A stretch of DNA of 64,000 nucleotides from Methanothermococcus sp. Ax23. GTDB lineage: Archaea; AGJL01; Methanococci; Methanococcales; Methanococcaceae. The notes beneath the pieces were generated by a model, which saw nothing but the letters and a program-made list of their open reading frames with translations, was not told the DNA's origin and ran no database searches. The number at the start of each line of letters is the position of its first letter. Position 1 is the stretch's first letter. Positions 55,157 to 64,000 of this stretch are shown here, in pieces. Where the stretch lies: assembly GCF_049075655.1 (NCBI RefSeq), contig NZ_CP157522.1, forward strand, positions 192,001 to 256,000, read 5' to 3'. A program made the translations under genes and the position numbers.

Positions 55157-55230
55157 TGGACTGGGCGGGATTTGAACCCGCGGCCTCCGCATAGCCAATG
55201 CGGCGATCTCCCAGTCTGATCTACCAGCCC
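55157..55230 (-). tRNA. tRNA-Ala(GGC)
   Basis: GGGCTGG/CCAGTCC-A acceptor with G3.U70; anticodon arm CCGCA-TTGGCTA-TGCGG; T-loop TTCAAAT. Confidence 0.96.
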
Positions 55231-55493
55231 TATAACACGTGACTTCTAAGTGATTAATAATATATAAAATTTTTGGTTTGCATATGATAATAAGATAATA
55301 AATGATGAATAATGTTGGTTATATATAATTATATAAAAAGGGAGGGGGATTATGAAAATACATAGTGAGGATTTTGATGTCATAATTATTGGAGCAGGTC
55401 CAGCAGGACTTTTTGCCGCGTATGAGCTCGCAGAAAATAGCATGTTTAAGATTTTGATAGTTGAGAAAGGTTTTGATATAGACAAAAGAATAT

Positions 55494-55865
55494 CTGACCT
55501 ACTCCAACGAGTGAACTCGTTGGGTTCTCGCTTACGGTAGTAAGCGAGCAACGAAATCACGAAGTGATTTCGTCTAATTTTAGTAGGGTTTAACCCTACA
55601 CGGGTGGCCAAGCCCACTACCCCTACCCATTAATGGGTTCAGGGCTACCTTTTGAACTTCCAACCACTACCAGCGGTAGAGTTTTCACTAACCCTACCCA
55701 TAGATACTTGGACTGGTAGCGTTACTTACTATTAATCTTCTCATATTTATATTTTACTACTTACTAGCCGATATAATGTCCGCCTCTCATCCAATCTCAT
55801 AAGAGATTTTACAAAACTATGTTTTGTATAACGATTAAAATCGTTGGCTTTCTCGGCGGTTTATC
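55494..55865 (-). mobile_element. Non-autonomous IS200/IS605 miniature element (PATE-like, 372 bp)
   Basis: On the minus strand it follows TTAC; LE guide AAAG before hairpin CCAACGA..TCGTT[insert]GG; RE GAAC-CCAACGAG.TTCA.CTCGTTGG...TCAG; no ORF. Confidence 0.85.
55528..55577 (+). repeat. Double-hairpin module abutting the right end of the mini-IS
   Basis: TCGCTTACGGTAGTAAGCGA-GCAA-CGAAATCACGAAGTGATTTCG-TCTAA. Confidence 0.75.
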
Positions 55866-56763
55866 GTAAGTAGGGAGGACGAGATTTTTAAAATAAACAC
55901 AATATATATCATCGTAGCCACGGGGAGGGCTGGGGCAAACTGGTTTCATGATGTGGCTAAAAAAATAGGTTTAAATGCAGAGTATGGTCCAATTGATGTT
56001 GGCGTTAGGGTTGAAGTGCCTGCAATTATATGGAGCTCATAACAAACATATATCACGACCCGAAATTTCATATATATACTGATACATATGATGACTTTAT
56101 CCGAACCTTTTGCACAAATCCCCATGGTTTTGTTGTGTGGGAGATATATAAAGATTTTATTGGGGTCAATGGACACTCTATGAGGGATGAAAAAAGCAAC
56201 AATACAAATTTTGCTCTTTTAACTAGAATAGAACTTACAGAGCCTGTGGGGGATACCACAGCTTATGGGATGAGTATAGCATATTTAGCAACTACTATTG
56301 GTGGAGGGAAGCCTATTATTCAAAGATTGGGGGACTTAAAAAGAGGTAGGAGAAGCACATGGTCAAGAATCGGCAGGAGTAGTATTGAATCTACATTAAA
56401 AAATGTCTGCCCTGGAGACATAGCCATGGCTTTACCCCATAGGATAGTTACAGATATCATTGAAGGACTTGAAAAGCTTGATAAAGTCATTCCCGGGGTT
56501 GCAAGTGATTGCACACTTCTCTATGCTCCGGAAATCAAATACTATGCAATGAAGGTAATAGTGGATGAAAATCTTGAAACTAATATAAAAAATATATTTG
56601 TTGTAGGGGATGGGGCAGGAATTTCGAGGGATATTACAAATGCAGCAGCCACTGGAATTTTAGCTGCAAGAGGAATTTTAAAAAAAGAGGGTATTTGTAA
56701 TGATGCGGATTTTAAAAAAGAAGGCAATTGGAGAGAAAAAATAAATGGGTTGTAATTTTTAAA

Positions 56764-57816
56764 TTATTCCATTATCATTTTTTTGTTTTTATATTCCACA
56801 ACTACCTTATTACTTATTTTTTCTCCATTTATTTCAATTTCATCCTCTATTTTTCCAATAATATAAGCAGGGATATTGTGGTGATTTGCGATTTCAATGA
56901 CCTTTTCAGCGTCTTCCTTATCAACCACTACGCAGAATCCTATGCCCATGTTGAATGTTTTAAACATTTCCTCGTCTGAAACATTTCCAATTCTCTGTAT
57001 TTCTTTAAATATTGGAAGGGGCTCTGGAAGATTGTTAATTAAATAGACTACATTTTTATTTAACCTTATTAGCTTCCTAAATCCCCCTCCTGTGATATGT
57101 GCTAATCCTTTAACATCTACCTTTTTAATCATCTCCAAAACTGGTTTAACATATATTCTCGTTGGTGTGAGGAGCTCCTCTGCAATAGTTTTTCCATGAG
57201 GTAGTTCGTCGTTAATATCCATCTTTCCAATATCGAAAAATACCTTTCTTGCAAGGGATAAACCGTTGCTATGTATTCCGCTACTTCTAAGTCCTATAAT
57301 CACATCTCCTTTTTTTACATCATTTCCAGATATTACTTTATCCTTTTTTACAACGGCAAGCACAGTTCCAGCTATGTCTATTCCTTTTACCATATCTGGA
57401 AGTGTTGCAGTTTCTCCACCAATTAAGTTTATATTGGATTCCTTTAATCCTTCGTTTAATCCTTTACCAATTTGTCTCGCTATGTCTTCATTTATATCCT
57501 CAACTGCCATATAATCCACAAGTGCCACAGGTTCTGCCCCTATACATATGGCATCATTTACATTCATGGCTATCATGTCTATGGGAACGGTATCAAATTT
57601 ATTTGCCATTTCTGCAACAATCATCTTACTACCCACACCGTCGGTGCATAAAACTAAATAATAATCGCCGAATTCTATTGCCCCTGCATAGTGCCCTTTT
57701 AGTTCCTCTGCTGGTTTTATACTGTCAGTTCTTTTAAATGTTATTTGAGATACCAATGCCTTTATTATTTTGTCTTCTTTGTAAATATCTACTCCTGCGT
57801 CTTTGTATGATACCAT
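56764..57816 (-). CDS. purM: AIR synthetase
   Basis: YKDAGVD, DGVGSK, GGETA, SSGIHSNG, HITGGG, FNMG. Confidence 0.97.
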   Translation of the reverse strand: MVSYKDAGVDIYKEDKIIKALVSQITFKRTDSIKPAEELKGHYAGAIEFGDYYLVLCTDGVGSKMIVAEMANKFDTVPIDMIAMNVNDAICIGAEPVALVDYMAVEDINEDIARQIGKGLNEGLKESNINLIGGETATLPDMVKGIDIAGTVLAVVKKDKVISGNDVKKGDVIIGLRSSGIHSNGLSLARKVFFDIGKMDINDELPHGKTIAEELLTPTRIYVKPVLEMIKKVDVKGLAHITGGGFRKLIRLNKNVVYLINNLPEPLPIFKEIQRIGNVSDEEMFKTFNMGIGFCVVVDKEDAEKVIEIANHHNIPAYIIGKIEDEIEINGEKISNKVVVEYKNKKMIME

Positions 57817-57877
57817 TTTTTCACCATTTTAAAAGCAATTTTTCACAATATTGGGTGTAGTTATATATAGTTATATA

Positions 57878-58765
57878 TTATTTATGGAGGTTGTTATTTT
57901 TCAAAAGTATGTTGTCTCCTACTTCAACTCCTACCATTTCAGCAATAGGGAGACATTTCGCCTTAAATATATAATATATTGGCTGTTCAATGTTGTATTC
58001 GGTTAAGCTTTCAAAATTACCCATACCTTTTGCTATTATCAAATCTGCTTCCTTAAATTCTTTTAAAAATTCTTCTGATGATTCCTCTAATCTAACACCT
58101 ATAACATCACTTCCATTTGTAATTACTTTTGCAATCTTATCAATTCCTGCAATCTTTGCATCTTCAAGTGTAGCATCGTTTAGTATAGGAGCTCCTTTAA
58201 CAGAAACTACGACATCGCAGTAATTTTTTAATTCCTCAATTAGTATTTTATCAAATACTACTTCACCTGCATTGTCGCAGATGTATAATATTTTATTTGC
58301 ATCTTTTAAATCATTCAGCAGCTCTTTACTGCGGTCTATTTTTAGTTTCCCACTAAGTGTTTCTTCTATTTTTTTATTAATATCCATATCTGTGCTATAT
58401 GGTCCAAAATCAATAACATTACCTGCTATGGATAGTTTAACTTTACATATTAGTCTATCTAATGGATTATCGTCATCGCATAGCTTTAACTCATCTTTCA
58501 ATTTTTCCAAATAATTTAATGCTATTTTGTTTGCAGTATTTTTTAATCTTTTGTAGGGGTCAGGATTTCCACTTATTTTTTTTAGATATCTATGGACAGT
58601 AGTTCCCATCCATGCTGGAACAGCATCAGGCGTATAAGCCTCTTTTATACTATCCAAACATGATTTTATTATCTCAAACTGCCTTTTTTCATCATCTGAT
58701 ATTTCTTTTGCGGCATCCACAACTTGCCTTACAATACAGGTTGCACATTCTGGTTTAATCTTCAA
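57878..58765 (-). CDS. DUF89/ARMT1 damage-control phosphatase
   Basis: EC..C, GNVID, DNAGE, NDAT, KGMGNFE. Confidence 0.92.
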   Translation of the reverse strand: MKIKPECATCIVRQVVDAAKEISDDEKRQFEIIKSCLDSIKEAYTPDAVPAWMGTTVHRYLKKISGNPDPYKRLKNTANKIALNYLEKLKDELKLCDDDNPLDRLICKVKLSIAGNVIDFGPYSTDMDINKKIEETLSGKLKIDRSKELLNDLKDANKILYICDNAGEVVFDKILIEELKNYCDVVVSVKGAPILNDATLEDAKIAGIDKIAKVITNGSDVIGVRLEESSEEFLKEFKEADLIIAKGMGNFESLTEYNIEQPIYYIFKAKCLPIAEMVGVEVGDNILLKNNNLHK

Positions 58766-58851
58766 GAAATCACCCTCTCTATGGTGGCTTTAAATAAAAA
58801 ATCTTTAAATAAAAAATAATTGATAATTACTTAAACATTAATATCATTATC

Positions 58852-59223
58852 TTATTTAAATAAAATTAATGAAATCATCCTCCCAAGATAAACCATGCCA
58901 ATACATCCAAAAACATTCAAAAGTATATTTATTATAAATTTTAAAGTATATCCTTCTTCAAGTAGTGAAAAGGTTTCATAACTAAATGTGGAAAATGTAG
59001 TTAATGCCCCACAAAATCCAGTAATAATTAAAAGTCTATATTCTGGTGGAATATCCAATGTTAATGAAGAATACATGATAAAACCAATTATAAAACTTCC
59101 AATTAGATTAACGGTAAATGTTCCCATGGGCAATCCAAATTTAACTGGAACAACGCCACTTATTATGTATCGCAATATTGCTCCAACGAATCCTCCAACA
59201 CCTATTATTAAGAGCTCTCTCAA
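58852..59223 (-). CDS. crcB: Fluoride channel Fluc
   Basis: GGFVGAILRY, GFCGALTTFSTF. Confidence 0.95.
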   Translation of the reverse strand: MRELLIIGVGGFVGAILRYIISGVVPVKFGLPMGTFTVNLIGSFIIGFIMYSSLTLDIPPEYRLLIITGFCGALTTFSTFSYETFSLLEEGYTLKFIINILLNVFGCIGMVYLGRMISLILFK

Positions 59224-59304
59224 GTTTTCACCAATAAATATTTATATACCATGATGATAATATAACAGGGATGTAAAATGAATATATATTTACTCGTATG
59301 GTAA

Positions 59305-59379
59305 GGGCCCGTAGTTTAGCCTGGACAGAATGCGGGGCTTCGGACCCCGTGGTCGAGGGTTCAAATCCCTCCGGGCTCG
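59305..59379 (+). tRNA. tRNA-Arg(UCG)
   Basis: GGGCCCG/CGGGCTC-G acceptor; anticodon arm CGGGG-CTTCGGA-CCCCG; T-loop TTCAAAT. Confidence 0.96.
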
Positions 59380-59496
59380 TATTTTTTATAACACTCGTTT
59401 CTTAGGTTCCAAACCTTACGAAGTAAGGTTTGGACTTTGGATGGCAACCTTTTTTAAAGGTTGCGTTTGAATCCCTCCGGGCTCGTATTTTTATAA
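59364..59496 (+). repeat. Duplicated tRNA-Arg 3' end (att-like) flanking two hairpins
   Basis: AATCCCTCCGGGCTCGTATTTTT at 59364 and 59470; hairpins 59408-59434 and 59444-59464. Confidence 0.85.
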
Positions 59497-59525
59497 TATT
59501 TTTATATCATATTTTATAAAATAAT

Positions 59526-60080
59526 TTAATCATCATTTTTTATGGCTATTTTTAATACTTTTTCTAAATTATTTAAATAGGTAGTATAATCTCCCTCATT
59601 AATAACAACATAATCAGCCAAAGATATTACCTTTCCAATGGAAAACTCCAATTCTCTTAAATCCCTTTCAACAAATTTATCCCATTCTGATGTATCATCT
59701 TCTCTTTTTCTTGATTTTAATCTGTTAAATCGGGTTTTCGGTGAAGAATGTATTGCTATAATTGTTAATGGATGGGATTTTCTAAAATAATTAACCTCAT
59801 ACATACTTCGTATGCCCTCTATGATAACTATTTCTTCGTTATTATAATTTTCCTCTATATATTGAAGGCATGGAACTGCTACTGCCTCGTTTCCATACTT
59901 CTTCCTTAGTTCCACTGCTGTATTTCCTACATTTTCGGGATTTAATTCCAATCCCTTTTTCATAGTTTCACGACGAACTACGTCCCCCATAGAAATTACT
60001 GGTATATTGTATTTTCTTGCTATTTCTATTATTGCACTTTTTCCAGAGCCTGGCATTCCTGTGATACCTATCAGTTTCAT
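59526..60080 (-). CDS. UPF0200 / dephospho-CoA-kinase-like P-loop protein
   Basis: [25 protein letters not shown]. Confidence 0.85.
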   Translation of the reverse strand: MKLIGITGMPGSGKSAIIEIARKYNIPVISMGDVVRRETMKKGLELNPENVGNTAVELRKKYGNEAVAVPCLQYIEENYNNEEIVIIEGIRSMYEVNYFRKSHPLTIIAIHSSPKTRFNRLKSRKREDDTSEWDKFVERDLRELEFSIGKVISLADYVVINEGDYTTYLNNLEKVLKIAIKNDD

Positions 60081-60089
60081 GTTATCTCC

Positions 60090-60284
60090 TTAATTCACCG
60101 TCTTTAATACGTTCATTGTGGCATCCGATGTTTTATTTATTGCATCAATATTTGTATTTTTAATGTTTATTGCGGATTTGAGCATATAATACCCAAGCAC
60201 CGCCGCTGCGGTTATACCTGCAAACATGAGAATAGAAAATTCTAAGCTAATCTGCCCTCTACAAGAGCATATTTTTTTTATCAT
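60090..60284 (-). CDS. Class III signal peptide pilin-like protein
   Basis: RG/QISLEF cleavage motif followed by a hydrophobic helix. Confidence 0.85.
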   Translation of the reverse strand: MIKKICSCRGQISLEFSILMFAGITAAAVLGYYMLKSAINIKNTNIDAINKTSDATMNVLKTVN

Positions 60285-60372
60285 AAAACCACCAAAGTTA
60301 TGATAAAGTATATTTAATTAAATATGGTATATGTTATTCTTTTTATATAAATAATTTAATTCTGGTGATATT

Positions 60373-62874
60373 TTGATTATAATAAGAAAACTAAAAAAGA
60401 AAAAACAAAAACAAGAACTCGAAATAATTGACTTGGTAAATAATATAAAATATTACGGCACTTTAAGAGGGACGGACACTAAATTAAGCCTATATAAATG
60501 TAAAGAGGAAAAAGATGGGAACATAAAACCAATTCAGCCTTCAAGGGTAATGAATATCCTAAAAACCAGTAAAAAGGTTTATTTAAATAATGACGAAGAA
60601 TCATTAAAATTAGAGGATTTTTTAAAACAGAATAATATTAAATATAATTACATAGAGCTCTGCCCATTCTGCCTAATAAAGGGGAGATACAACGAAATAG
60701 ATAAAGGCAACAGATACAGATTTTACAATCAATATATATGTTTTGACTGTGCAGTGGAGGAAGTTAAACATGAAGTGAATATTAACGAGGAATTTATAGA
60801 AAAACTTTTACGAAGATTTAAGGATGTGAATAAAGTAATAGATTTATTTATTATGAAAAACCCACTAGATAACCCTGATTTAACAAAATATGATGTTTTA
60901 ACCGGTAGTGAAGAGGATAAAATAAGAAACTATAAAATAGACGAGTTGAATATCCCCTCTGAATTAAAGGAAATTATAAAAAATAGAGGTATAAAGGAGC
61001 TCCTACCAGTTCAAACACTCACCGTTAAAGGGGGCTTATTGGATGGAAAGGATTTGATAATTACCTCTGCAACATCCTCTGGAAAAACACTTATTGGGGA
61101 GTTAGCAGGCATAAATAATTTAAAGGAAGGCAAGGGAAAGTTATTATTTTTAGTCCCCCTTGTGGCATTAGCAAACCAGAAGTATATTGAATTTAAAGAG
61201 CGTTATGAAAAAATAGGGCTCACCGTGAGTTTGAGGGTTGGCATGGGGAGATTATCAGAAGATAAATCAGAATTCATAAATACAGATATAAACGCAGATA
61301 TTGTTGTTGGAACCTATGAAGGTATTGATTTTTTGGTTAGGTCTGGAAAATTAAGGGATGTAGGAACTGTTGTAATTGATGAAGTTCATTCATTGAATAT
61401 GGAGGAGAGAGGAGCTCGGCTTGATGGACTTATCGGCAGGTTGAGGTATCTAAAAAACATCTTAAAAAGTAATATTCAAATGATATATTTGTCCGCCACA
61501 GTGGGAAATCCAGAGGAGCTCGCAAAGAATCTTAATGCAAATGTGGTTATATACAATGGAAGACCTGTTCCACTTGAAAGACATATTATTTTTGCCAAAA
61601 ACGATTATAATAAATTGAATTTAATAAAAGAAATTGTTAAAAAAGAGTTCAACACAAAATCAAAATATGGATTTAGAGGTCAGAGTTTAATATTTACCTA
61701 TTCAAGAAAAAGGGCAGAATATATTTCGAATTTCTTAAATACAAAAGGAATAAAATCGGATTACTACCATGGAGGTATGGAGTATAAAAGAAGGAGAATG
61801 GTGGAGGATAATTTTTTAAATCAAAAAATCATGTGTGTAGTTACAACAGCAGCACTTGCAGCAGGTGTGGATTTCCCAGCATCTACTGCGGTTCTTGAAA
61901 GTTTAGCGATGGGTGGAGATTGGCTTAATCCATCAGAATTCCAGCAAATGTGCGGTAGGGCAGGTAGAAAGGGCATGCATGATAGAGGAAAGGTCTATAT
62001 GCTTGTGGAGATTGGTAAAAAATACCATGCTAAAATGGGAAACACTGAGGACGAGGTGGCATTTAAATTACTGAGCTCAGAAGCTGAGGATGTTGTGGTG
62101 CAATATACCGAGGATGAAGAGTTGGAACAGATACTTGCCAGTGTGAGCTCCGCTGAAAGATATTTGAAATCAATTAATAAATCAGTTAATAAAAGTGAAT
62201 TAAACAAGGTTCCATTAATGGGGAAAAATCACGATTTAGATTATATTATTGATAAATTAAACGACTATCATATGATAAAATCCTATAACAACAAAATAAA
62301 CATTACAAAATATGGCTATGCTACGGCAATATCATTTTTGTATCCGAAGGATGCCGAGCTTATTCGAACTAATTTAAATAAACCAATTATGGAATTAACT
62401 GCCCTAATAAATCCCTTTGAGAATTTATATGTTCCAAATAATATAAAAAATAAGATCTCAAAAATAATCCATACAAATATTCCAACAAGGTTTATAGATG
62501 CCTTTGAGATTGTAAAGGAAAATATTTCAAAAATAACCGATAGGGACTTAAGAGATAGGATTCTGCCGTGGATGGTAGAATTTGAAGGAATGATTGAGGA
62601 GGATATAATAAGATACTTCTCAAAATATGTATTAAATCTAAGGATAAATAAAAAAACACCCTCGCAGATTTCAAAGATTATCTATGAAAACTTCAATCTG
62701 CAAACCTATTCAGGGGACATATACTCATATCTTGAAAATACCATAAAAATTCTGGATGCAGTTGAAAGAATAGGAGGCATTTACAATAAAAATATATCCA
62801 ATGAAGCAAAGGATTTTAAGGAAAAAATTTCAAACCCATATAAATATAGAAAAAAGAAAAAAATTAAAAAATAA
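60373..62874 (+). CDS. Ski2-like SF2 helicase with N-terminal Cys4 domain (ASH-Ski2-like)
   Basis: CPFC...CFDC, LLPVQ, ATSSGKT, DEVH, SAT, QMCGRAGR. Confidence 0.9.
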   Translation: MIIIRKLKKKKQKQELEIIDLVNNIKYYGTLRGTDTKLSLYKCKEEKDGNIKPIQPSRVMNILKTSKKVYLNNDEESLKLEDFLKQNNIKYNYIELCPFCLIKGRYNEIDKGNRYRFYNQYICFDCAVEEVKHEVNINEEFIEKLLRRFKDVNKVIDLFIMKNPLDNPDLTKYDVLTGSEEDKIRNYKIDELNIPSELKEIIKNRGIKELLPVQTLTVKGGLLDGKDLIITSATSSGKTLIGELAGINNLKEGKGKLLFLVPLVALANQKYIEFKERYEKIGLTVSLRVGMGRLSEDKSEFINTDINADIVVGTYEGIDFLVRSGKLRDVGTVVIDEVHSLNMEERGARLDGLIGRLRYLKNILKSNIQMIYLSATVGNPEELAKNLNANVVIYNGRPVPLERHIIFAKNDYNKLNLIKEIVKKEFNTKSKYGFRGQSLIFTYSRKRAEYISNFLNTKGIKSDYYHGGMEYKRRRMVEDNFLNQKIMCVVTTAALAAGVDFPASTAVLESLAMGGDWLNPSEFQQMCGRAGRKGMHDRGKVYMLVEIGKKYHAKMGNTEDEVAFKLLSSEAEDVVVQYTEDEELEQILASVSSAERYLKSINKSVNKSELNKVPLMGKNHDLDYIIDKLNDYHMIKSYNNKINITKYGYATAISFLYPKDAELIRTNLNKPIMELTALINPFENLYVPNNIKNKISKIIHTNIPTRFIDAFEIVKENISKITDRDLRDRILPWMVEFEGMIEEDIIRYFSKYVLNLRINKKTPSQISKIIYENFNLQTYSGDIYSYLENTIKILDAVERIGGIYNKNISNEAKDFKEKISNPYKYRKKKKIKK

Positions 62875-62882
62875 TATATATT

Positions 62883-63638
62883 TTATCTTGTTTTATTTAG
62901 GAAGTAATCTAGGAATACTGTACCACCACCATAGCATGCTGGTTTTGGATGCAGTGATAAATAGAATTGGTATTGTGAATTATCATAATCAAATAATGCT
63001 TTGATTTCTTGGAATTTAATTTCATTTTTTGGAATATACCATGTATATTCGTTATTTGTGATTTTTTCAATAGTGCCGTTTGGGTAAATTAATTTATCAG
63101 TTAATATTATGGTATAATTATGTTTAAGAAGTACCTTCATAGAGTCATTACTTAATGCCCATGCAGGTGGAAGAAACAATGTCATATTATCAAACCCACA
63201 TTTTGACATTATAATTTCGGCATTGTAGAGTTTTTTTGAACATACACTTTTTGAACAGTTGAATTCGTGATAAGTATGTTTATAACCATGAAGTTCAACT
63301 TTATACCCTCTATTTTCTAATTGATGCAGATAATTAACAAATTCTTTATTTTTTCTTAAATCCCATTTTCCACCACTAGATGGGTTTTCAAGATCTGGAA
63401 TTACAAATAAAATGGTATTATTGCTGTAATTGTATTTATCAATAATTGGTATAATTTCTTTCAATTCATCAAAATATGCTGGACTTATATCATGTATCAG
63501 AATTATTGGCTTATTTTTTTGTTGGGAATTGGATATATTCCATAAATGCGAATTATTTAAATGACATGTGTTAAAAGATGCCGCTATTGTCAATAAAATT
63601 AACACTAATACGATTATTGGATATAATATTTTTTTCAT
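62883..63638 (-). CDS. DUF2334 polysaccharide-deacetylase-like protein
   Basis: IHDISP, LFVIP, LHGYKH, FLPPAW, SLHP; N-terminal anchor. Confidence 0.85.
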   Translation of the reverse strand: MKKILYPIIVLVLILLTIAASFNTCHLNNSHLWNISNSQQKNKPIILIHDISPAYFDELKEIIPIIDKYNYSNNTILFVIPDLENPSSGGKWDLRKNKEFVNYLHQLENRGYKVELHGYKHTYHEFNCSKSVCSKKLYNAEIIMSKCGFDNMTLFLPPAWALSNDSMKVLLKHNYTIILTDKLIYPNGTIEKITNNEYTWYIPKNEIKFQEIKALFDYDNSQYQFYLSLHPKPACYGGGTVFLDYFLNKTR

Positions 63639-63647
63639 ATTGCCCCC

Positions 63648-64000
63648 CTATCGAGTTTCATTTAAAAAATAATCTAAAAATTTCAACCCTCCTCCATAAT
63701 TTACAGCTTTTGGATGGATTGATAAACAAAACTGGTGTTGTGAAGTTTTATAATCTGAAACTGCCAATAGTTCAACAGTTTTTGTAAGATTCTTAGGTAA
63801 ATACCAAGTATATTCTTTATTCGTAATTATAATCCTTTTAATAGAATTATTTTCCTTTTTTAATATATTGGGGCCTACGATAATTGAGATATTTTTATCT
63901 AGAAATACCTCTTCTGCGTCCTTTGATAATCCATACCTCGGTGGAATAAAGTATTTTATATTTTTAGTATCAAACCCGCAATCTTCCAATATTTTAAATG
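63648..64000 (-). CDS. DUF2334 paralogue, 3' part (start outside window)
   Basis: FIPPRY, ITNKEYTWY, LSIHPKAVNYGGG..FLDYFLN.TR, closely similar to the neighbour. Confidence 0.85.
   Translation of the reverse strand, partial: FKILEDCGFDTKNIKYFIPPRYGLSKDAEEVFLDKNISIIVGPNILKKENNSIKRIIITNKEYTWYLPKNLTKTVELLAVSDYKTSQHQFCLSIHPKAVNYGGGLKFLDYFLNETR

Larger units (their letters stand above)
55352..56755 (+). pseudogene. FAD-dependent oxidoreductase pseudogene (IS insertion, internal deletion, frameshift)
   Basis: GAGPAG N-terminus broken at 55493; resumes at 55866 (..ATGRAGANW..DVGVRVEVP), frameshifts near 56028 into the RTFCTNP...GDGAG C-terminus. Confidence 0.85.

Noticed and set aside
55246-55617. 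123-aa minus-strand ORF
   Set aside because: It is a chimera of mini-IS sequence and the antisense of the pseudogene.
59224-59300. Fluoride riboswitch upstream of crcB
   Set aside because: No GGCGATGG/CTGATG-type motif; the region is AT-rich promoter sequence.

Overview
AT-rich (about 30% GC by eye) chromosomal segment of a Methanococcales archaeon, most like Methanothermococcus/Methanococcus (SepCysS, TfrA, Hmd paralogue, EarA, GGTGA ribosome-binding sites). Most of it is housekeeping: the psmA-SBDS-rpl37ae-rpoP-Brix-pcc1-pfdB superoperon, pyrG, guaAB, his, pur, cbi, feoAB, sucD and eif2g. It also carries a type I R-M hsdM-hsdS pair, an IS200/IS605 tnpB element, tRNA-Ala(GGC), tRNA-Arg(UCG), two C/D-box sRNAs and a HesB-like selenoprotein gene with a SECIS that the ORF track misses. 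Most unusual signals: (1) a family of ~46-50 nt double-hairpin modules (YC-hairpin-GR, GCWA, hairpin, TYYAA) with covarying stems and GNA-type loops, present as a 4-unit array at the guaA 3' end, as solo copies, and inserted inside IS200/IS605 ends; (2) tnpB-less mini-elements that keep a TATA box and an omegaRNA-like region; (3) a strong over-representation of the palindrome GAGCTC (about 80 copies counted by eye); (4) an EarA-linked MglA/MglB-like GTPase-roadblock cluster. All family calls are from motif recognition; no searches were run.
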